Assembly (NCBI GenBank): GCA_964016885.1
Contig: OZ024741.1
Location: 249,612,001 to 249,676,000 of the forward strand
From: Eledone cirrhosa
Taxonomy: Eukaryota
Direction: 5' to 3'
DNA length: 64,000 bases
Both the position numbers and the translations under genes were made by a program. Below are positions 55,001 to 64,000 of this stretch, one piece after another. Positions within the stretch are counted from its first letter, which is position 1. Each line of letters opens with the position of its first letter. The notes beneath the pieces were generated by a model. That model ran no database searches and had not been told where the DNA came from. It saw nothing but the letters and a program-made list of their open reading frames with translations.

Positions 55001-58000
55001 GCGGAGATAATTTGTAAAAAAAATCAGGGGGAGATAATTTGTAAAAAAATCAGGGGGAGATAATTTGTAAAAAAAAATCAGGGGGAGATAATTTGTAAAA
55101 AAAATCAGGGGGAGATAATTTGTAAAAAAAAATCAGGGGTAGATAATTTGTAAAAAAAAATCAGGGGGAGATAATTTGTAAAAAAAAATCAGGGGGAGAT
55201 AATTTGTAAAAAAATCAAGGGGAGATAATTTCCAGCCGTCCAAGGGGAGATAATTTTCAGCCGTCCAAGGAGAGGTAATTTCTAGCCGTCCAAGGGGAGA
55301 TAATTTCCAGCCGTCCAAGGGGAGATAATTTTTTTAAAAAAATCAGGCGGAGATAATTTGTAAACAAAAATCAGGGGGAGATAATTTGTAAAAAAAAATC
55401 AGGGGGAGATAATTTGTAAAAAAAAATCAGGGGGAGATAATTTGTAAAAAAAATCAAGGGGAGATAATTTCCAGCCGTCCAAGGGGAGGTAATATCTAGC
55501 CATCCAAGGGGAGATAATTTCCAGCCGTCCAAGGGGAGATAATTTCCAGACGTCCAAGGGGAGATAATATCCAGCCGTCCAAGGAGACATATTTTCCAGC
55601 CGTCCAAGGAGAGGTAATTTCTAGCCGTCCAAGGGGAGATAAGTTCCAGCCTCCAAGGGGAGATAATTTCCAGCCAGCCAAGGGGAGATAATTTGTAAAA
55701 AAATCAGGGGGAGATAATTTGTAAAAAAAAAATCAGGGGGAGATAATTTGTAAAAAAATCAGGGGGAGATAATTTGTAAAAAAAAATCAGGGGGAGATAA
55801 TTTGTAAAAAAAATCAGGTGGAGATAATTTGTAAAAAAAATCAGGGGTAGATAATTTGTAAAAAAAATCAGGGGGAGATAATTTGTAAAAAAAATCAGGG
55901 GGAGATAATTTGTAAAAAAAATCAGGGGTAGATAATTTTCAGCCGTCCAAGGGGAGATAATTTCCATCCTTCCAAGGGGAGATAATTTCCAGCCGTCCAA
56001 GGGGAGATAATTTCCCGCCAGCCAAGGAGAGATAACATTTAAAAAAATCAGGCGGAGATAATTTGTAAAAAAAATCAGGGGGAGATAATTTGTAAAAAAA
56101 TCAGGGGGAGATAATTTGTAAAAAAAATCAGGGGTAGATAATTTCCAGCCGTCCAAGGGGAGATAATTTCCATCCTTCCAAGGGGAGATAATTTCCAGCC
56201 GTCCAAGGGGAGATAATTTCCCGCCAGCCAAGGAGAGATAATATTTAAAAAAATCAGGCGGAGATAATTTGTAAAAAAAATCAGGGGGAGATAATTTGTA
56301 AAAAAATCAGGGGGAGATAATTTGTAAAAAAAAATCAGGGGGAGATAATTTGTAAAAAAAATCAGGGGGAGATAATTTGTAAAAAAAAATCAGGGGTAGA
56401 TAATTTGTAAAAAAAAATCAGGGGGAGATAATTTGTAAAAAAATCAAGGGGAGATAATTTCCAGCCGTCCAAGGGGAGATAATTTTCAGCCGTCCAAGGA
56501 GAGGTAATTTCTAGCCGTCCAAGGGGAGATAATTTCCAGCCGTCCAAGGGGAGATAATTTTTTAAAAAAATCAGGCGGAGATAATTTGTAAACAAAAATC
56601 AGGGGGAGATAATTTGTAAAAAAAAATCAGGGGGAGATAATTTGTAAAAAAAAATCAGGGGGAGATAATTTGTAAAAAAAATCAAGGGGAGATAATTTCC
56701 AGCCGTCCAAGGGGAGGTAATATCTAGCCATCCAAGGGGAGATAATTTCCAGCCGTCCAAGGGGAGATAATTTCCAGCCGTCCAAGGGGAGATAATATCC
56801 AGCCGTCCAAGGAGACATATTTTCCAGCCGTCCAAGGAGACGTAATTTCTAGCCGTCCAAGGGGAGATAAGTTCCAGCCTCCAAGGGGAGATAATTTCCA
56901 GCCAGCCAAGGGGAGATAATTTGTAAAAAAATTAGGGGGAGATAATTTGTAAAAAAAAATTAGGGGGAGATAATTTGTAAAAAAAAATCAGGGGGAGATA
57001 ATTTGTAAAAAAAAATCAGGGGGAGATAATTTGTAAAAAAAATCAAGGGGAGATAATTTCCAGCCGTCCAAGGGGAGATAATTTTCAGCCGTCCAAGGAG
57101 AGGTAAATTCTAGCCGTCCAAGGAGATATAATTTCCAGCCGTCCAAGGGGAGATAATTTCCAGCCGTCCAAGGGGAGATAATTTTAAAAAAAAAATCAGG
57201 CGGAGATAATTTGTAAACAAAAATCAGGGGGAGATAATTTTTAAAAAAAAATCAGGGGGAGATAATTTGTAAAAAAAATCAAGGGGAGATAATTTCCAGC
57301 CGTCCAAGGGGAGGTAATATCTAGCCATCCAAGGGGAGATAATTTCCTGCCGTCCAAGGGGAGATAATTTCCAGCCGTCCAAGGGGAGATAATATCCAGC
57401 CGTCCAAGGAGACATATTTTCCAGCCGTCCAAGGAGAGGTAATTTCTAGCCGTCCAAGGGGAGATAAGTTCCAGCCTCCAAGGGGAGATAATTTCCAGCC
57501 AGCCAAGGGGAGATAATTTGTAAAAAAATCAGGGGGGAGATAATTTGTAAAAAAAATCAGGGGGAGATAATTTGAAAAAAAAATCAGGGGGAGATAATTT
57601 GTAAAAAATATCAAGGGGAGATAATTTCCAGCCCTCCAAGGGGCTATAATTTCCAGCCGTGCAAGGGGAGATAATTTCCAGCCGTCCAAGGGGAGATAAT
57701 TTCCATCCTTCCAAGGGGAGATAATTTCCAGCCGTCCAAGGGGAGATAATTTCCCGCCAGCCAAGGGAAGATAATTTTTTAAAAAATCAGGCGGAGATTG
57801 TAAAAAAAATCAGGGGGAGATAATTTGTAAAAAAAATCAGGGGGAGATAATTTGTAAAAAAAATCAGGGGGAGATAATTTGTAAAAAAAATCAGGGGTAG
57901 ATAATTTTCAGCCGTCCAAGGGGAGATAATTTCCATCCTTCCAAGGGGAGATAATTTCCAGCCGTCCAAGGGGAGATAATTTCCATCCTTCCAAGGGGAG

Positions 58001-58713
58001 ATAATTTCCAGCCGTCCAAGGGGAGATAATTTCCCGCCAGCCAAGGAGAGATAATATTTAAAAAAATCAGGCGGAGATAATTTGTAAAAAAAATCAGGGG
58101 GAGATAATTTGTAAAAAAATCAGGGGGAGATAATTTGTAAAAAAAAATCAGGGGGAGATAATTTGTAAAAAAAATCAGGGGGAGATAATTTGTAAAAAAA
58201 AATCAGGGGTAGATAATTTGTAAAAAAAAATCAGGGGGAGATAATTTGTAAAAAAAAAATCAGGGGGAGATAATTTGTAAAAAAATCAAGGGGAGATAAT
58301 TTCCAGCCGTCCAAGGGGAGATAATTTTCAGCCGTCCAAGGAGAGGTAATTTCTAGCCGTCCAAGGGGAGATAATTTCCAGCCGTCCAAGGGGAGATAAT
58401 TTTTTTAAAAAAATCAGGCGGAGATAATTTGTAAACAAAAATCAGGGGGAGATAATTTGTAAAAAAAAATCAGGGGGAGATAATTTGTAAAAAAAAATCA
58501 GGGGGAGATAATTTGTAAAAAAAATCAAGGGGAGATAATTTCCAGCCGTCCAAGGGGAGGTAATATCTAGCCATCCAAGGGGAGATAATTTCCAGCCGTC
58601 CAAGGGGAGATAATTTCCAGCCGTCCAAGGGGAGATAATATCCAGCCGTCCAAGGAGACATATTTTCCAGCCGTCCAAGGAGACGTAATTTCTAGCCGTC
58701 CAAGGGGAGATAA
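45390..58713. repeat. Tandem duplication, period 6648 bp (two copies)
   Basis: Offsets: 45479->52127, 47880->54528, 50576->57224, 51139->57787, 51794->58442. Both copies share the one-monomer-short B run at ~50600/57250. Confidence 0.92.
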
Positions 58714-61700
58714 GTTCCAGACTCCAAGGGGAGATAATTTCCAGCCAGCCAAGGGGAGATAATTTGTAAAAAAATTAGGGGGAGATAATTTGTAAAAAAA
58801 AATTAGGGGGAGATAATTTGTAAAAAAAAATCAGGGGGAGATAATTTGTAAAAAAAAATCAGGGGGAGATAATTTGTAAAAAAAATCAAGGGGAGATAAT
58901 TTCCAGCCGTCCAAGGGGAGATAATTTTCAGCCGTCCAAGGAGAGGTAAATTCTAGCCGTCCAAGGAGATATAATTTCCAGCCGTCCAAGGGGAGATAAT
59001 TTCCAGCCGTCCAAGGGGAGATAATTTTTAAAAAAAAATCAGGCGGAGATAATTTCTAAACAAAAATCAGGGGGAGATAATTTTTTAAAAAAAATCAGGG
59101 GGAGATAATTTGTAAAAAAAAATCAGGGGGAGATAATTTGTAAAAAAAATCAAGGGGAGATAATTTCCAGCCGTCCAAGGGGAGGTAATATCTAGCCATC
59201 CAAGGGGAGATAATTTCCAGCCGTCCAAGGGGAGATAATTTCCAGCCGTCCAAGGGGAGATAATATCCAGCCGTCCAAGGAGACATATTTTCCAGCCGTC
59301 CAAGGAGAGGTAATTTCTAGCCGTCCAAGGGGTGATAAGTTCCAGCCTCCAAGGGGAGATAATTTCCAGCCAGCCAAGGGGAGATAATTTGTAAAAAAAT
59401 CAGGGGGGAGATAATTTGTAAAAAAAATCAGGGGGAGATAATTTGAAAAAAAAATCAGGGGGAGATAATTTGTAAAAAATATCAAGGGGAGATAATTTCC
59501 AGCCCTCCAAGGGGCTATAATTTCCAGCCGTGCAAGGGGAGATAATTTCCAGCCGTCCAAGGGGAGATAATTTCCATCCTTCCAAGGGGAGATAATTTCC
59601 AGCCGTCCAAGGGGAGATAATTTCCCGCCAGCCAAGGGAAGATAATTTTTTAAAAAATCAGGCGGAGATTGTAAAAAAAATCAGGGGGAGATAATTTGTA
59701 AAAAAATCAGGGGGAGATAATTTGTAAAAAAAAAATCAGGGGGAGATAATTTGTAAAAAAAAATCAGGGGGAGATAATTTGTAAAAAAAATCAGGGGGAG
59801 ATAATTTGTAAAAAAAATCAGGGGTAGATAATTTGTAAAAAAAATCAGGGGGAGATAATTTGTAAAAAAAATCAGGGGGAGATAATTTGTAAAAAAAATC
59901 AGGGGTAGATAATTTTCAGCCGTCCAAGGGGAGATAATTTCCATCCTTCCAAGGGGAGATAATTTCCAGCCGTCCAAGGGGAGATAATTTCCCGCCAGCC
60001 AAGGAGAGATAACATTTAAAAAAATCAGGCGGAGATAATTTGTAAAAAAATCAGGGGGAGATAATTTGTAAAAAAAAATCAGGGGTAGATAATTTCCAGC
60101 CGTCCAAGGGGAGATAATTTCCATCCTTCCAAGGGGAGATAATTTCCAGCCGTCCAAGGGGAGATAATTTCCCGCCAGCCAAGGAGAGATAATATTTAAA
60201 AAAATCAGGCGGAGATAATTTGTAAAAAAAATCAGGGGGAGATAATTTGTAAAAAAATCAGGGGGAGATAATTTGTAAAAAAAAATCAGGGGGAGATAAT
60301 TTGTAAAAAAAAATCAGGGGTAGATAATTTGTAAAAAAAAATCAGGGTGAGATAATTTGTAAAAGAAAAATCAGGGGGAGATAATTTGTAAAAAAATCAA
60401 GGGGAGATAATTTCCAGCCGTCCAAGGGGAGATAATTTTCAGCCGTCCAAGGAGAGGTAATTTCTAGCCGTCCAAGGGGAGATAATTTCCAGCCGTCCAA
60501 GGGGAGATAATTTTTTTAAAAAAATCAGGCGGAGATAATTTGTAAACAAAAATCAGGGGGAGATAATTTGTAAAAAAAAATCAGGGGGAGATAATTTGTA
60601 AAAAAAAATCAGGGGGAGATAATTTGTAAAAAAAATCAAGGGGAGATAATTTGTCAAAAAAAATCAGGGGTAGATAATTTGTAAAAAAAAATCAGGGGGA
60701 GATAATTTGTAAAAAAAAAATCAGGGGGAGATAATTTGTAAAAAAATCAAGGGGAGATAATTTCCAGCCGTCCAAGGGGAGATAATTTTCAGCCGTCCAA
60801 GGAGAGGTAATTTCTAGCCGTCCAAGGCGAGATAATTTCCAGCCAGCCAAGGGGAGATAATTTGTAAAAAAATCAGGGGTAGATAATTTGTAAAAAAAAA
60901 TCAGGGGGAGATAATTTGTAAAAAAAATCAGGGGGAGATAATTTGTAAAAAAAATCAGGGGTAGATAATTTCCAGCCGTCCAAGGGGAGATAATTTCCAT
61001 CCTTCCAAGGGGAGATAATTTCCAGCCGTCCAAGGGGAGATAATTTCCCGCCAGCCAAGGAGAGATAACATTTAAAAAAATCAGTCGGAGATAATTTGTA
61101 AAAAAAATCAGGGGGAGATAATTTGTAAAAAAATCAGGGGGAGATAATTTGTAAAAAAAATCAGGGGTAGATAATTTCCAGCCGTCCAAGGGGAGATAAT
61201 TTCCATCCTTCCAAGGGGAGATAATTTCCAGCCGTCCAAGGGGAGATAATTTCCCGCCAGCCAAGGAGAGATAATATTTAAAAAAATCAGGCGGAGATAA
61301 TTTGTAAAAAAAATCAGGGGGAGATAATTTGTAAAAAAATCAGGGGGAGATAATTTGTAAAAAAAAATCAGGGGAGATAATTTGTAAAAAAAATCAGGGG
61401 GAGATAATTTGTAAAAAAAAATCAGGGGTAGATAATTTGTAAAAAAAAATCAGGGGGAGATAATTTGTAAAAAAAAAATCAGGGGGAGATAATTTGTAAA
61501 AAAATCAAGGGCAGATAATTTCCAGCCGTCCAAGGGGAGATAATTTTCAGCCGTCCAAGGAGGTAATTTCTAGCCGTCCAAGGGGAGATAATTTCCAGCC
61601 GTCCAAGGGGAGATAATTTTTTTAAAAAAATCAGGCGGAGATAATTTGTAAACAAAAATCAGGGGGAGATAATTTGTAAAAAAAAATCAGGGGGAGATAA

Positions 61701-62600
61701 TTTGTAAAAAAAAATCAGGGGGAGATAATTTGTAAAAAAAATCAAGGGGAGATAATTTCCAGCCGTCCAAGGGGAGGTAATATCTAGCCATCCAAGGGGA
61801 GATAATTTCCAGCCGTCCAAGGGGAGATAATTTCCAGCCGTCCAAGGGGAGATAATATCCAGCCGTCCAAGGAGACATATTTTCCAGCCGTCCAAGGAGA
61901 GGTAATTTCTAGCCGTCCAAGGGGAGATAAGTTCCAGCCTCCAAGGGGAGATAATTTCCAGCCAGCCAAGGGGAGATAATTTGTAAAAAAATCAGGGGGA
62001 GATAATTTGTAAAAAAAAAATCAGGGGCAGATAATTTGTAAAAAAATCAGGGGGAGATAATTTGTAAAAAAAATCAGGGGGAGATAATTTGTAGAAAAAA
62101 TCAGGGGTAGATAATTTGTAAAAAAAATCAGGGGGAGATAATTTGTAAAAAAAATCAGGGGGAGATAATTTGTAAAAAAAATCAGGGGTAGATAATTTTC
62201 AGCCGTCCAAGGGGAGATAATTTCCATCCTTCCAAGGGGAGATAATTTCCAGCCGTCCAAGGGGAGATAATTTCCCGCCAGCCAAGGAGAGATAACATTT
62301 AAAAAAATCAGGCGGAGATAATTTGTAAAAAAAATCAGGGGGAGATAATTTGTAAAAAAATCAGGGGGAGATAATTTGTAAAAAAAATCAGGGGTAGATA
62401 ATTTCCAGCCGTCCAAGGGGAGATAATTTCCATCCTTCCAAGGGGAGATAATTTCCAGCCGTCCAAGGGGAGATAATTTCCCGCCAGCCAAGGAGAGATA
62501 ATATTTAAAAAAATCAGGCGGAGATAATTTGTAAAAAAAATCAGGGGGAGATAATTTGTAAAAAAATCAGGGGGAGATAATTTGTAAAAAAAAATCAGGG
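53700..62600. repeat. ~8.9 kb copy of ~18900-27880 (offset 34790 -> 34762 -> 34734, in steps of one 28-bp monomer)
   Basis: Offsets: 18982->53772, 21809->56599 (34790); 22559->57321, 24919->59681 (34762); 25958->60692, 27287->62021 (34734). Variant AATTTCTAAACAAAA was seen only at ~24294 and ~59056. Confidence 0.88.
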
Positions 62601-64000
62601 GGAGATAATTTGTAAAAAAAATCAGGGGGAGATAATTTGTAAAAAAAATCAGGGGTAGATAATTTGTAAAAAAAAATCAGGGGGAGATAATTTGTAAAAA
62701 AAAAATCAGGGGGAGATAATTTGTAAAAAAATCAAGGGGAGATAATTTCCAGCCGTCCAAGGGGAGATAATTTTCAGCCGTCCAAGGAGAGGTAATTTCT
62801 AGCCGTCCAAGGGGAGATAATTTCCAGCCGTCCAAGGGGAGATAATTTTTTTAAAAAAATCAGGCGGAGATAATTTGTAAACAAAAATCAGGGGAAGATA
62901 ATTTGTAAAAAAAAATCAGGGGGAGATAATTTGTAAAAAAAAATCAGGGGGAGATAATTTGTAAAAAAAATCAAGGGGAGATAATTTCCAGCCGTCCAAG
63001 GGGAGGTAATATCTAGCCATCCAAGGGGAGATAATTTCCAGCCGTCCAAGGGGAGATATTTTCCAGCCGTCCAAGGAGAGGTAATTTCTAGCCGTCCAAG
63101 GGGAGATAAGTTCCTGCCTCCAAGGGGAGATAATTTCCAGCCAGCCAAGGGGAGATAATTTGTAAAAAAATCAGGGGGAGATAATTTGTAAAAAAAAAAT
63201 CAGGGGGAGATAATTTGTAAAAAAATCAGGGGGAGATAATTTGTAAAAAAAAAATCAGGGGGAGATAATTTGTAAAAAAAATCAGGGGGAGATAATTTGT
63301 AAAAAAAATCAGGGGTAGATAATTTGTAAAAAAAATCAGGGGGAGATAATTTGTAAAAAAAATCAGGGGGAGATAATTTGTAAAAAAAATCAGGGGTAGA
63401 TAATTTTCAGCCCTCCAAGGGGAGATAATTTCCATCCTTCCAAGGGGAGATAATTTCCAGCCGTCCAAGGGGAGATAATTTCCCGCCAGCCAAGGAGAGA
63501 TAACATTTAAAAAAATCAGGCGGAGATAATTTGTAAAAAAAATCAGGGGGAGATAATTTGTAAAAAAATTAGGGGGAGATAATTTGTAAAAAAAATCAGG
63601 GGTAGATAATTTCCAGCCGTCCAAGGGGAGATAATTTCCATCCTTCCAAGGGGAGATAATTTCCAGCCGTCCAAGGGGAGATAATTTCCCGCCAGCCAAG
63701 GAGAGATAATATTTAAAAAAATCAGGCGGAGATAATTTGTAAAAAAAATCAGGGGGAGATAATTTGTAAAAAAATCAGGGGGAGATAATTTGTAAAAAAA
63801 AATCAGGGGGAGATAATTTGTAAAAAAAATCAGGGGGAGATAATTTGTAAAAAAAAATCAGGGGTAGATAATTTGTAAAAAAAAATCAGGGGGAGATAAT
63901 TTGTAAAAAAAAATCAGGGGGAGATAATTTGTAAAAAAATCAAGGGGAGATAATTTCCAGCCGTCCAAGGGGAGATAATTTTCAGCCGTCCAAGGAGAGG
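61089..64000. repeat. Copy of 1089-4000 at an offset of exactly 60000 bp
   Basis: Lines match in register: 1659/61659, 2021/62021, 2888/62888, 3226/63226. I found six substitutions (1495, 1512, 1903, 2028, 2980, 3362) and no indels. Confidence 0.93.

Larger units (their letters stand above)
1..64000. repeat. Composite tandem satellite array of two interleaved monomers (25-bp type A, 26-29-bp type B), head-to-tail, continuing past both window edges
   Basis: Every line consists of GGGGAGATAATTT followed by either CCAGCCGTCCAA or GT(A)7-10TCAG, or minor variants of these. I saw no inverted segment and no non-repeat sequence. Confidence 0.99.

Noticed and set aside
660-63699. Numerous 61-190 aa minus-strand ORFs (LPLIFFTNY, LSPLGRLEIISPWTAGNYLPLDGWK repeats)
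   Set aside because: They are translations of the satellite. Starts are largely non-ATG (for example TTG at 1264), and frames overlap. The 25-bp and 26/28/29-bp units shift frame constantly, and there is no unique domain. The strand bias arises because the + strand has TAA in nearly every monomer.
1-64000. CRISPR-like array (constant repeat plus variable spacer)
   Set aside because: The putative spacers are only ~9-13 bp, fall into two recurring classes and are not unique. There is no leader and no cas gene.
1-64000. Shine-Dalgarno-like GGAG/AGGAG motifs and TAAT/-10-like elements
   Set aside because: There is no downstream start codon or ORF on the + strand (TAA follows immediately). The motifs are incidental to the monomer.
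1-64000. Canonical telomerase repeat, plasmid iteron array or transposon/LTR
   Set aside because: Two alternating monomers with multi-kb HORs do not fit copying from a single telomerase template. No rep gene, terminal repeats, target-site duplications or coding remnants are present.

Overview
The whole 64 kb window is one uninterrupted, single-orientation satellite DNA array. I found no unique sequence, credible gene, RNA gene, transposon or CRISPR spacer. It is built from two related short monomers that share a 16-bp head (CA[A/G]GGGGAGATAATTT). Type A is 25 bp with a GC-rich tail (CAAGGGGAGATAATTT-CCAGCCGTC). Type B is 26-29 bp with an A-tract tail (CAGGGGGAGATAATTT-GT-A7-10-T). This gives roughly 2,400 monomers (64,000/~26). 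Runs of A and B monomers alternate. Three recurrent A-run modules (called P, Q and R here) form a ~1.23 kb basic higher-order repeat (HOR). That HOR has been rearranged and re-amplified at larger scales: tandem periods of about 3.6, 5.05, 5.18 and 6.65 kb, and long-range copies offset by 14.3, 17.0, 19.0, 34.7-34.8 and 60.0 kb. All ORFs in the track are minus-strand by-products of the repeat. The organisation resembles eukaryotic centromeric, pericentromeric or subtelomeric satellite (inference). I do not recognise the family or the organism. Offsets were derived from the ORF-track coordinates and diagnostic variants, and block boundaries are approximate.
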